DNA of 64,000 nucleotides from Eledone cirrhosa (taxonomy: Eukaryota): positions 19,468,001 through 19,532,000 of the forward strand of contig OZ024763.1 in assembly GCA_964016885.1 (NCBI GenBank). The letters are read 5' to 3'. The first letter of the stretch is position 1; each line of letters begins with the position of its first letter. This document shows positions 38,223 to 50,414 of this stretch, one piece after another. A program made the translations under genes and the position numbers. Under the pieces are notes generated by a model. The model had not been told where the DNA came from and did no database searches. It saw nothing but the letters and a program-made list of their open reading frames with translations.

Positions 38223-39488
38223 TTAACACTTGGGTTGACTACGTTTGTGAACAACCAGTGAAGAATTCTGAATGAAAAATTTCCCACAACTTTCACATGA
38301 ATAAGGTTTTTCTCTTGTGTGTATTCTCTTGTGAACTACAAGATGAGAACTATCAGAAAAAGATGTCCCACATATTTCACATGAATAAGGTTTTTCTCCA
38401 GTGTGTGTTCTTATATGCCTTTTCAAGCCACTGCTCCAGACAAAAGATTTTCCACATATTTCACATGAATAAGGTTTTTCTCTAGTGTGACTTTGTATGT
38501 GGATGACAAGAGTAGAATTATTGTAGAAAGATTTACCACATGTTTCACAATGGAACGGTCTTTCACCAGTGTGTATTCTTTTGTGATCTACAAGTGTAGA
38601 ATTACTAGAAAAAGATTTCCCACATATTTCACAATGAAAGGGTTTTTCTCCTGTGTGTATTCTTTTGTGATCTACAAGTGTAGACCCATGAGAAAACGAT
38701 TTCCCACATATTTCACATGAATAAGGTTTTTCTCCTGTGTGTATTCTTATGTGATCTACAAGATGAGAACCACGAGAAAAAGATTTTCCACATATTTCAC
38801 ATGAATAAGGTTTTTCTCCTGTGTGTATTCTTTTGTGTTTTACAATGTCAGAGCCATAGGAAAAAGATTTCCCACATATTTCACATGAATAAGGTTTTTC
38901 TCCTGTGTGTATTCTTTTGTGTGGTACAAGAGCAGAACTTTGAGAAAAAGATTTCCCACATATTTCACACGAATAAGGTTTTTCTCCTGTGTGTATTCTT
39001 TTGTGACGTACAAGATGAGAACCACGATAAAACAATTTCCCACATATTTCACATGAATAGGGTTTTTCTCCAGTGTGTTTTGTTGTATGTCTTCTCAAAT
39101 CACCGTTGCAGGCAAATGATTTCCCACATATTTCACAATGGAAGGGTTTTTCACCAGTGTGAGTCCGTATGTGGATGACAAGGTTAGAATTCTGAGAGAA
39201 AGATTTTCCACATATTTCACAATGGAAGGGTTTTTCACCAGTGTGAGTCCGTATGTGGGTGACAAGATTAGAATTACTAGTGAAAGATTTCCCACATATT
39301 TCACAGTGGAAGTGTTTTTCTCCTGCGTGTTTTCTTATATGACTTTTAAAGTCACTGTTGAAGAGAAAAGATTTACCACATATTTCACATTGGAAGGGTT
39401 TTTCTCCACTGTGTATTTTCACATGTGATGATAGTTTCAGTTTTGAAGAGAAAGTTTTCCTGCAAATCTCACAGCTATATTCAGACAT
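38223..39488 (-). CDS. C2H2 zinc-finger array protein (15 fingers), intact, C/B chimeric type
   Basis: 421-aa ORF. Fingers 1-5 match type C; later fingers and the C-terminus (HKRSQPKC) match type B. Confidence 0.93.
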   Translation of the reverse strand: MSEYSCEICRKTFSSKLKLSSHVKIHSGEKPFQCEICGKSFLFNSDFKSHIRKHAGEKHFHCEICGKSFTSNSNLVTHIRTHTGEKPFHCEICGKSFSQNSNLVIHIRTHTGEKPFHCEICGKSFACNGDLRRHTTKHTGEKPYSCEICGKLFYRGSHLVRHKRIHTGEKPYSCEICGKSFSQSSALVPHKRIHTGEKPYSCEICGKSFSYGSDIVKHKRIHTGEKPYSCEICGKSFSRGSHLVDHIRIHTGEKPYSCEICGKSFSHGSTLVDHKRIHTGEKPFHCEICGKSFSSNSTLVDHKRIHTGERPFHCETCGKSFYNNSTLVIHIQSHTREKPYSCEICGKSFVWSSGLKRHIRTHTGEKPYSCEICGTSFSDSSHLVVHKRIHTREKPYSCESCGKFFIQNSSLVVHKRSQPKC

Positions 39489-39710
39489 ATTTCTAGCTAG
39501 TGATCTTTACATAAAGGATTCTCACAACTTTTACTCATATATTAATATATGTAGATGTCGTTAAAAGATTATTTTGTATTCTAAAATACAGTGTCCATAA
39601 AAGACTGCAGAACTCGGCTTTCTTCTTTTACAAAGTTGTAGTGTAGCATTCAGTTGGTACAAGAAATAAGAGATATGGCAGCGTAAGACTCATTTCCACG
39701 AAGAAAGTTG

Positions 39711-40167
39711 GGCGATATCCAATTTTAGCGGCCTAAATGCCGCTTACTTGCTGTAGTTGCTGCTTACTTCAATGCATGAGGCTATTCCAACAAATTTACA
39801 TTCCCAGAACGAGGAAACTGTGGGGATATGTCGCCGGCCAACAAATGGTTTGTACAGGTAAGAGAAGACGGGAGCACCCCCCTCTCTCTGTGCTCCCTGG
39901 CAGAATGGTCGAACACTTTCTACGGGGGTGTATGTGACCCCAAAAGGCTAATAAATCGCAAAAAAAACAAACAAAAACGTGGCAAATAAAGAAATCTATG
40001 CCCCAGTGGCAAATAAATCGCAAAAAAAAAAAACAATAAATAAATCTAATTTCTTTTAACGGATAAAAAAAGGGGAATGTAAATTTGTTGGAATAGCCTC
40101 ATACATTGAAGCAAGCCGCAACTACAGCAAGTAAGCGGCATTTAGGCCGCTAAAATTGGATATCGCC
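39711..40167. mobile_element. MITE with ~95-bp TIRs and 8-bp TSD (Merlin- or MULE-like)
   Basis: TIR starts GGCGATATCCAATTTTAGCGGCCTAAATGCCGCTTACTTG. TSD GAAAGTTG at 39703-39710 and 40168-40175. Empty sites at ~14583 and ~59749. Confidence 0.92.
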
Positions 40168-41253
40168 GAAAGTTGAAGAGTATATTATATATATATATAT
40201 ATTTATAATTCAAATTACAAGATATATGCATACATCTTTTACATGTGCGAGAGATAAATAGACGTGTGCGTGTGTAGAAATGTGTGTACGTGTTGTTATA
40301 AATCAATATATTTCACTTCAGATAGTGAAGAGTTCACAATGTTTGTGCTGTGATGGAAAACTAAATAATACGTACTTCAGTTTTCAAGATCAAATATAAA
40401 GTCAAGAAAGGTTAGGAAGGAATAATTGTTCACTGATTTCTGATAAAAAATACATTTTCCTGTCCTGTAATTAGTTGTTTGTGATGAAATGAAATATTTA
40501 ATAATACAAGTGATAAAACAACAATTATAAGGTAATCAAGTCACCTTATATTATTTACAACCATTAACGTTCACCTGAATATGAAATAATCACCATAAAA
40601 GATAAAATTCGATGAGGTTGTAACAATGGAGCCGATGCAGATAATAATTTTCTATTGGTTACTTGAAGACGGTGTCTTGAATTAAAAGTCCCTTACATAA
40701 TTTAATACATTCAGAAACACCTTAAGTCATATTAAGATAGATATGCTAGTTCTTTATTCAGATTTGTATAAATAATATTAATTTTACCTAACTGTTCATA
40801 TTAAAACAAAACACATTATTAAAAGTAATAAAATATTTAAGAAATGGAAATGTAGAGAAGAATATATATATATATATATAGAGAGAGAAATTATATCCTT
40901 CTATGTTGTTCACTTGCCCCCTCGCTTTACGCAATTACTGGTCCCAATAACTTTTTTTAGATTATTGCTCGCACCAACCTGAGGTATATGATTTTTAATG
41001 CGATGAAAGTCCAATGATGGTTGGAAAATCACTGACGAAGGACTATTTTTATCATATGTAACCCATGTGCAAACCACGCAGTATTCTTCTTTCTTCTCAT
41101 GTGTTTATATATATATATATATATATATATAGGAATTATATATATATATATATAAATTATAAATATATATAGTAAGAGAGAGAGAAATTATATGTATATA
41201 TATAATTTCTATATATATATATATAGAAATTATATATATATATATAGAGAGAG

Positions 41254-41305
<52 letters not shown>

Positions 41306-41312
<7 letters not shown>

Positions 41313-41656
41313 AAGTTAAATAAAAGTCAAATGATTAAAATTTAGCTTCGTTTATTACTGTTATATATATTTCAGTGACAGCCATCTTTGGCTGTGACCT
41401 CTTCAGGCAGTTTGAATTATTATGGTATAGACAAGTACATATGTTGTTTAGGTGTATGATATTGTCAATACTCTGATATGCCCAGTTCCTTGTTGGGTTG
41501 TTAATTCACTGGGGAACTGGAGTCATATAAACGAAGCTAAATTTTATTTAACTTTATTTTACACTACTCCGGAGTAACCAAACCAACCTGCGCACTTCGT
41601 CGAGTGCTCCAGCCTGCATACTGAGGTGTTGGTATACAACCAACATAAACTCAAAA

Positions 41657-41660
<4 letters not shown>
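41306..41660 (-). mobile_element. Non-autonomous PLE-like element with hammerhead (41357-41411)
   Basis: Inserted in (TA)n and absent from the paralogous site at ~60900-61000. Reverse complement of 43110-43415. Confidence 0.75.
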
Positions 41661-41695
<35 letters not shown>

Positions 41696-42935
41696 TATAT
41701 ATATATATATATGTATGAACGAAGTAATTCCGTCGGAAAAGTCCAGAAAAAAAGAGTGCTCTATGTAGGTAACAGAGCTTAATAATTATGTAATAAACAA
41801 CATAAGGCAATTATTTCAATTACCAGTGGTTTCTTAAAAGCAAAAAAATTTGCTTTCAATCATCAGAATGAAAAAATCCTTATGTATTTATTGGCGTTGG
41901 ATTTTAAAAGCAAAAATATAATCTATATGAAAGTGAGGCTGGAAAAGGAAGAAGGAAAGGGAAAATAAAAACACACATGCAAACACAAACACACACACAC
42001 ACAATTATATACATACACATATATATATATACATACATACACAGACAACTATACACACACACACATGTGTATATATATATATACATACACATACATACAT
42101 ACACACATAAATATCAACATATCCATACATACAAATACACAAACGTGCATACACACACATATACATGCATATATATATATATATATATATATGAATTAGA
42201 ACCCTGTAACCATTATATTTTGGACACACGGTTTACTGTGTTTCTTACTATATATATATATATATATACATAAACATATATATACATACATACACACATA
42301 CATATATATACACACATACATATATATACACACATACATATATATATATACACACATACATATACATACATATATACATACACATACATACATACACACG
42401 ATCATACGTATATACACACGTTCATACATACACATACATACACACACATATACACGCATACATACGCATGCACAAATATAGAAATATATACACACAACTA
42501 CATACTCACACATACAAATAAATATAATAAAAAAATAAAAATGAATATAAAGATTATTATAGTGTTGTCAGCGATACAGGCAACAAATAAATGAACAAAC
42601 ACACGTGGTAAGCAATGTACACAAATGCACGTACACATACATACGTAAAAATAAATACATACACACACTCTCACACATACACATACAAATACATAAACAC
42701 ATACATACGTATACACATATACATACATTTTATCCAGGTATTTGCGACCGTTTCATTGGTAAGTGCAACCTTATATTGCTATACTGCAAATAGCAGCCAC
42801 TCAATGATAATTGTTGTTCATGTCCAAATTTTCAAAATAGTGAGTAAGTTATTCTTACAAAAGTTCTTAGAAACCGTGTATGAAATTGGCTTTCTTAACC
42901 ACGAACTGGATCACAATAAGCAATTTCCTGCTTCC

Positions 42936-42988
<53 letters not shown>

Positions 42989-42989
42989 C

Positions 42990-43022
<33 letters not shown>

Positions 43023-43109
43023 AATTTCTATATATATATATATATATAAATATATATTTTCTATATATATTATATATATATTTATAATTTCTATACACAT
43101 ATATATATA

Positions 43110-43415
43110 GATTTTGAGTTTATGTTGGTTGTATACCAACACCTCAGTATGCAGGCTGGAGCACTCGACGAAGTGCGCAGGTTGGTTTGGTTACTCCGGA
43201 GTAGTGTAAAATAAAGTTAACAACCCAGCAAGGAACTGGGCATATCAGAGTATTGACAATATCATACACCTAAACAACATATGTACTTGTCTATACCATA
43301 CTAATTCAAACTGCCTGAAGAGGTCACAGCCAAAGATGGCTGTCACTGAAATATATATAGCAGTAATAAACGAAGCTAAATTTTAATCATTTGACTTTTA
43401 TTTAACTTTATTTCA
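43110..43415 (+). mobile_element. Non-autonomous PLE-like element with hammerhead (43310-43364)
   Basis: actgc CTGAAGA ggtcacagcca-aaga-tggctgtcact GAAA tatata TA gcagt; flanked by (TA)n. Confidence 0.8.
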
Positions 43416-43575
43416 CATATATATATATATAAATTAATAAAAACAATGAATAAAAACAAAGAAACAGTTCCTTATATTAAAAAATTCATCATTTTACGAT
43501 CGTTTCTAGGATATATATGTGTGTGTTGGTATGTATATCATATTTATAATTAATATATATATATATTTATATATT

Positions 43576-43643
<68 letters not shown>

Positions 43644-43747
43644 CATATATATATTTATAATTTCTATATATATATATTTATAATTTCTATAATATATATA
43701 TATATATATTTATAATTTCTATACATATTATATATATATATATATAT

Positions 43748-46541
43748 TTCAAACTCAGTCTGTGACACACTGATAATACATATGAAGCAACTACAGACGG
43801 TAATATGTGTCACATATCGGCCGCCCGATGCCCCCAGTCATGAGGGTAAATTTGAGGATAGCCTAAGTAGGATAGAAGAGGTCCTTGACAAACTGGACCA
43901 GGGTCTCAACATCCTACTGCTGGGAGACTTCGACCTACCAAAGGTCAAATGGCCTGAGGGCCACCTCCTCCCTGGAATGACGTCAATAGAACAGAGACAG
44001 ACGGAATCCCTGCTGGCCCTCACACACAGGCTGTTCATGGAGCAAGCAATACTCCTCCCAACAAGAGGCGAAAATGTCCTGGACCTCTGTTTTACAAACA
44101 ACGAAGTGCTCATCCACAATGTAAAGGTGACACCAACAATTCTCTCGGATCATAACTTGGTAGAGCTAATGATATGTGGTCCAAGAGAACCAACAGAGAC
44201 AAAACCACCAAGAAGCTCCGGGACGCTATCCAGCCTTAACTTCTACGGGGCTGACTGGAAGAAGATTAAGAGTGAAATCCGGAAGCAAACATGGAGTGCA
44301 AACATCGCCACACAAGACACTAACACACAATTTCAACACTTCATGACAACGATACACACCATATGCAAAAAGTGTGTCCCGGAGAAAGAGGCAAACAGAC
44401 ACAAAAATCTTATTCCCAGAGATAGGAAAATCCTTATGAGACGTAGAACTAAACTCTCAAACCAGTTGAATAGTCAACAAAACCAAAACAAGAAGGAATC
44501 CTATTTGAAACGTGCACTACTTGACACCGAGATTGCACTCAAGCTTTCACATGAGAATGAGAGGGCAAGGAAAGAGAACAGGGCCATAGAAAACATTAAA
44601 ACAAACCCTAAGGCCTTCTTTAAATTTGCAAAAGAAACTGCCTCAGTACACTGCAAGATTGGACCACTCTTCCACACGGACGGTTCATTAACCGAAAATC
44701 CCCAAGAGATATGTGAAATACTGAATGAACAGTACAAAAGTGTCTTCACATGTCCACTGAGGCACATGCAAATAACGAAGCCAGAGGAGTTCTTTGATGC
44801 CACAACACTACATCAAGAAATGGCAACCATCAACCACATAGACATAACGGAGGAGGATGTGGTGTACGCCATTGATGAAATTAGAACAGACTCGGCTGCT
44901 GGACCTGATGGATTCCCAGCAGTTCTCCTAAAAATATGTAAGCGGGCCTTAGCAACTCCACTGAAGATGCTCTTCAGAAGCTCCTTGGCTAGCGGTGTAC
45001 TACCCAGGGAGCTGAAAGAAGGCACAATATGCCCTATCCATAAAGGAGGTAGTAGAGCGGAGGCCAAGAACTATAGGCCAGTCTCCCTGACGTCGCATAT
45101 CAGTAAGGTCATGGAGCGAGTCGTCAGAAAGAAACTAATCACTTTCCTCGAAGAAAATGACCGCCTGACTAGCACGCAACATGGCTTCCGCCCAGGAAGA
45201 AGCTGCCTTACACAGCTGCTACATCACTACGACTGGGTACTGAGACAGCTACTAGACAGCTCACATGTAGACGTGATATATCTTGACTTTGCGAAGGCCT
45301 TTGACAAGGTCGACCACGGAATGATATGTCACAAACTACACGGACTCGGCATAACTGGAAAAGTAGGTGAGTGGCTGCATGGCTTCCTGAGGGACAGAAG
45401 CCAGGCAGTCGCAGCAAATGGGGCTCTCTCGAGGGAAACACCGATAACAAGTGGGGTGCCTCAGGGGACAGTCCTGGGACCACTACTGTTTTTGGTGGCT
45501 CTCTCGGACATGCCCTCTGTGGTGCATGCAACAACATCCCTCACTAGCTATGCTGATGACACTAAGGTAGCACAGGCAATCAAAAACCCGGCTGACACTG
45601 CCCTCTTACAGCAGGATCTGGATGCCATATACAGATGGGCGGAAGAAAACAACATGCAGTTTAATGCTGGCAAATTCCAAGCCCTACAATACAAACCTGC
45701 AAACACAAACACAAATATAGCGGAACACAGCTACACAGGACCAGGAGGGACCGATATCCCCGTGTCAAAATCGATACGAGACCTGGGCATAGACATGAGC
45801 GATGATGCATCTTTTTCTTCACACATCATGAAGGTGGCGACAGCATGTAGACGATTCGCTGGCTGGATCTTGAGGACTTTCCTTACAAGAGATCGAGACA
45901 CCATGTTGACACTGTGGAGGACTTTTGTCCTAAGCCGCCTGGACTACTGCTCCCAGCTGTGGTCACCCCATAGTGTCAAACTAACCACAGAGCTTGAGGC
46001 AATCCAGCGAAGCTACACCAAGAGGATTGCCAAGATGAGGGAGACAAGCTACTGGGAGAGGCTGAAGGAACTGAACCTCTACTCCTTGGAGCGAAGACGG
46101 GAGAGATACGCAGTGATCTACATGTGGAAAATCCTGGAGGGACTAGCACCAAACTTTGGCATTGGGAGCTGGACCAACCGTCGAACAGGACGTCACTGTG
46201 TGGTGCCAAAGGTCCCGTCTTCCACATCTAGAATAAGGAGCAGGTATTGCAATAGCCTGGGATTCAAGGGCCCTCAACTCTTCAACAGGCTGCCGAGGCA
46301 TCTGCGAGACTTGCATGACGTGGAGGTGGATGTCTTTAAGAAACATCTCGACACCTTGTTATCCAGGATCCCGGATGAGCCCACAGCAAGACATGAGGGA
46401 AACCTAAGGGCAGCAGCAACAAACTCCCTCCTACACCAGTGGCCAACCTATACAGGCTGGAGATAAAGTGTGTAGCAGCAAGGGCGGTGCCCCAGCATGG
46501 CCTCAGCCGGATGGCTGAAACAGGTAAAAGAGTAAAAGAGT
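43748..46541 (+). mobile_element. CR1-group (CR1/L2-like) LINE, 5'-truncated, open ORF2
   Basis: 894-aa ORF 43782-46466 with partial APE (YRPP, GDFDLP, LDLCFTN, SDH), RT (NYRPVSLTS, QHGFR, YLDFAKAFD, GVPQGTVLGP, YADD) and C-terminal LDYCSQLWSP..SLERRR. 3' stem-loop TCAGCC-GGAT-GGCTGA and (GTAAAAGA)2 tail. Confidence 0.93.
43782..46466 (+). CDS. LINE ORF2 endonuclease/reverse transcriptase (N-terminally truncated)
   Basis: Stop-free 894 aa. The frame continues upstream of the Met (SNSVCDTLIIH) to the truncation point, so this ATG is internal. Confidence 0.85.
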   Translation: MKQLQTVICVTYRPPDAPSHEGKFEDSLSRIEEVLDKLDQGLNILLLGDFDLPKVKWPEGHLLPGMTSIEQRQTESLLALTHRLFMEQAILLPTRGENVLDLCFTNNEVLIHNVKVTPTILSDHNLVELMICGPREPTETKPPRSSGTLSSLNFYGADWKKIKSEIRKQTWSANIATQDTNTQFQHFMTTIHTICKKCVPEKEANRHKNLIPRDRKILMRRRTKLSNQLNSQQNQNKKESYLKRALLDTEIALKLSHENERARKENRAIENIKTNPKAFFKFAKETASVHCKIGPLFHTDGSLTENPQEICEILNEQYKSVFTCPLRHMQITKPEEFFDATTLHQEMATINHIDITEEDVVYAIDEIRTDSAAGPDGFPAVLLKICKRALATPLKMLFRSSLASGVLPRELKEGTICPIHKGGSRAEAKNYRPVSLTSHISKVMERVVRKKLITFLEENDRLTSTQHGFRPGRSCLTQLLHHYDWVLRQLLDSSHVDVIYLDFAKAFDKVDHGMICHKLHGLGITGKVGEWLHGFLRDRSQAVAANGALSRETPITSGVPQGTVLGPLLFLVALSDMPSVVHATTSLTSYADDTKVAQAIKNPADTALLQQDLDAIYRWAEENNMQFNAGKFQALQYKPANTNTNIAEHSYTGPGGTDIPVSKSIRDLGIDMSDDASFSSHIMKVATACRRFAGWILRTFLTRDRDTMLTLWRTFVLSRLDYCSQLWSPHSVKLTTELEAIQRSYTKRIAKMRETSYWERLKELNLYSLERRRERYAVIYMWKILEGLAPNFGIGSWTNRRTGRHCVVPKVPSSTSRIRSRYCNSLGFKGPQLFNRLPRHLRDLHDVEVDVFKKHLDTLLSRIPDEPTARHEGNLRAAATNSLLHQWPTYTGWR

Positions 46542-46685
46542 GAATATATATATATATTTATAATTTCTATACATATATATATATATATATATAATTTCTA
46601 TACATATATATATATATTTATAATTTCTATACATATATATATATTTATAATTTCTATACGTTTATATATATATATATAATTTCTA

Positions 46686-46719
<34 letters not shown>

Positions 46720-46726
46720 ATTTATA

Positions 46727-46783
<57 letters not shown>

Positions 46784-46976
46784 ATTTCTATACGTATATA
46801 TATTTATATATTTATAATTTCTATACGTATATATATATATACATATATATAAATTTATAATTTCTATACATATATATATATATAATTTCTATACATATAT
46901 ATATATTTATAATTTCTATACGTATATATATATATATTTATAATTTTTATACGTATATATACATATATATGTAATT

Positions 46977-47036
<60 letters not shown>

Positions 47037-47077
47037 TATATATATATATTCATAATTTCTATACATATATATATATA

Positions 47078-47306
47078 TGCCCATGTCTCACTACCATGCA
47101 GCATCGCACTCCTCACACAGGCATCATATAACCGGCCTTTTGTACGCAGGGAGAAACCCTTCTTCGTCAGCAGCTCCGAAAACTTCTTCCAACCCGTCCT
47201 TGGTCTAGATACTATGGCTTCGGAACCCCCCCCCCCCTCCCCTCCCATGCTAATCTGATCTCCTAGGTACCGGAAGCTATCCACCATTTCTATAGCACCC
47301 GCCTGC
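47078..47306 (-). mobile_element. Internal RTE fragment (20.2-kb subfamily)
   Basis: [45 protein letters not shown] between (TA)n tracts, no 3' tail. Confidence 0.88.
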
Positions 47307-47952
47307 ATATACATATATATATATATATATATTTATAATTTCTATATATATATATGTATATAAATTAGCGAGAATCGTATTTCGGCTATTGGAAATTAGC
47401 GAAAAACAACTTCCGAGATGTGTGGCAAGCCCTCCATAGAAGCTAGTGAACTAGAGCAACAACATAAGTTAATAGGCCAAACACACTGAGACGATGGTTA
47501 AACCATTATCCGCACAGCCATAGAAACGACCAAGTAATTCGGATCAAACAAATAAAATATGATTGAAAATTATACCCGTACCCCCGGAAGGTTGGTAATA
47601 TCCAGTATTTGGGTTTCTGCAACTCCTAAATCAAGTACTGTCTGCTTAGACAAGTAATGTTAAGCTTTTGGTATGATGATCGAATAAGGAAGTCACTTTC
47701 TCAACAGGCTTTTAGTTCAGTGCCAAGCCAAGGACTGACCGTTATCAAAACCCATGTGGAGCTTGACAAGGGGGGCAACCGTTAGTTTTGGCGGATGAAT
47801 TCAGTATGTGTGTTATTGCAAAATTGATGATGATTTATAATTTCTATACATATATATATTTATAATTTCTACACATATATATACATATATATTGTTTCTG
47901 AATTTGTTTAGCAAGATTCTTTATCTGAAAACGTGTGTTGAAACCGATATTG

Positions 47953-48412
47953 TTATGCTTTGGGAGGGTCATGTTGCCAATAAGAAACACACGCACCAGT
48001 TGCTTTCACTCCAATTTATTATAAATTAAATTTATAAATTTCCGGTTGATTGGTTGGTTCCATAACCGGATGGTTGTTCATATATTGTCAAAGTTCTTTC
48101 GTCACACATTCTGTGACCTCATCAGTGACTGGGGATTCTTTTCTTTGTTTTGTGTGCGTTGACAACACACACAAAAACAAGATGGCGTAGGACAGAACAA
48201 AGGAAAGGCACAAAAACAAAGAAAAAGAATCCCCAGTCACTGATGAAGTCACAGAATATGTGACGAAAGAACTTTGACAATATATGAACAACCGTCCGGT
48301 TATGGAACCAACCAACCAACTGGAAATTTATAAATTTAATTTATAATAAATTGGAGTGAAAGCAACTGGTGCATGTGTTTCTTATTGGCAACATGACCCT
48401 CACAAAGCATAA
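47953..48412. mobile_element. Palindromic double-hammerhead element, duplicate of 22963-23422
   Basis: Hammerhead motifs at 48087-48129 (-) and 48236-48278 (+). Confidence 0.75.
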
Positions 48413-49396
48413 TATATATATATATATATTTATGATTTCTATACATATATATATATATTCATAATTTCTATACATATATATATATATATTTATAATTAAT
48501 TTCTATACATACTTATATATATTTATATTCATAATTTCTATAGATATATATATATTTATATTCATAATTTCTATACATATATATATATATATTTATATTC
48601 ATAATTTCTATACACATATATATATATATATTTATATTCATAATTTCTATACATATATATATATATATATTCATAATTTCTATACATATATATATATATA
48701 TATATATATTTATAATTTGATGCTTGCCATTCTGAGTTCAAATCCCGCCGAGGTTAACTTTGCCTTTCATCCTTACGGGGTCGATAAAATAAAGTACCAG
48801 TAATGTACTGGGTAATTGCTGGTCTTGTGCCAAAAGTAGAAACAATTTTATATATATATATACATACTACTGTATGTCTGTATACATATATTTACGTCTT
48901 TCATATAATTGTTCTGCATCCCCCTGCATAGAACCACAAAGTTACTAAGACAAAACATATATATTTGCTGGCATAGGTATGCATCTGTATACATGTCGGT
49001 AGATATATTAATTCTTTATAATTATCTCCAAATTATTTGTTGAGCAAAATTTGCCGAAATTACTACTGTGACTGATAGTAGTGGCTAGGCTCTGTCTTAA
49101 TAGCACCCCCACTCCTAGCTGGTTAACCTCAGTGTCACGTGATTGATTCTTTTGAATTTGCCACTTGACCAAGTAGGCAGTGAATTTTTCAATGTCTTGG
49201 AATCTAGCCCCGCTCGCTTTTTTCCATCCACTGAATTATTTTTATATAAGTTCCCAGTGTCCCCGCATTGCCTGGAAGCTTAGCTGAGAATAGACTACCT
49301 GATGACGTAAGGCTTCTCTATAGTTATATTACGTAACTATATTTATCCCCTTAGTGAAATTTTAGTAAGTCAATTTTCATAACTTTCTTATTTACG

Positions 49397-49442
<46 letters not shown>

Positions 49443-49449
49443 GTACATA

Positions 49450-50412
49450 CATGTATATGTACACGTACATACATATATGTATACAGACATACAGTAGGAT
49501 GTATATATATATATATATATACATGCACACATATATATATGTTCGTATGGATTCAACGAACATTTATTATAATGCTCGGTGTGTTTGTAAACAAACATCC
49601 GTATTGAGCCGTAGTGTCCAGCAACCATCGTTGCTCGTTTGTTCAACAATGACAAAGGAACGCTGTACTAGTTTCAAGCTTATTAGCTATCGTCAGCAAC
49701 GTATACCTTCCTGCCAGATTGTTGAACGTATATACTTACCTTATGCATATTAACGGCTGAGTAGCCCAATTTGCATATCGAGTGGGTTAATCGGCCGGGT
49801 GCACCGAAAACGATAAAAGAAAAAAATGAAACGAAATTTCATTTCCCACTCTTAGTACGGCTGTTACTTAAATATAAGTATGTACACGTACATACATATA
49901 TGTATACAGACATACAGTAGTATGTATATATATATATACATACATGCACACATATATATATGTACATATGGATTCACCGAACATTTATTATAATGCTCGG
50001 TGTGTTTGTAAACAAACATCCCGTATTAAGCCGTAGTGTCCAGCAACCATCGTTGCTCGTTTGTTCAACACTGACAAAGGAACGCTGTACTAGTTTCAAG
50101 CCTATTAGCTATCGTCAGCAACGTATACCTTCCTGCCAGATTGTTGAACGTATATACTTACCTTATGCATATTAACGGCTGAGTAGCTCAATTTGCATAT
50201 CGAGTGGGTTAATCGGCCTGGTGCACTGAAAACGATAAACGGAAAAAATGAAACGAAATTTCATTTCCCACTCTTCGTACGGCTGTTACTTAAATATATG
50301 TATGTACACGTACATACATATATGTATACAGACATACAGTAGTATGTATATATATATATACATGCACACATGAATCCATACGTACATATATATATGTGTG
50401 CATGTATGTATA
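49450..50412 (-). repeat. 422-bp tandem repeat, each unit with a minimal hammerhead (retrozyme-like)
   Basis: Hammerheads at 49661-49701 and 50083-50123 (-): cgttg CTGACGA t agct-aata-(a/g)gct t GAAA ctag TA cagcg. Confidence 0.8.
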
Positions 50413-50414
50413 TA

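Noticed and set aside
41030-41085. CTGACGA motif (duplicate at ~60618)
   Set aside because: No correctly placed GAAA/UH with paired stems.
47365-47835. Unclassified ~470-bp insert ending in TGATGATGA
   Set aside because: May be a LINE 3' end, but no recognisable coding or structural motif was found.
49298-49345. CTGATGA cgtaa..ttac GTAA motif in a block-2-specific insert (~48892-49400)
   Set aside because: The GAAA box reads GTAA and stem I is unconvincing, so it was not counted as a ribozyme.
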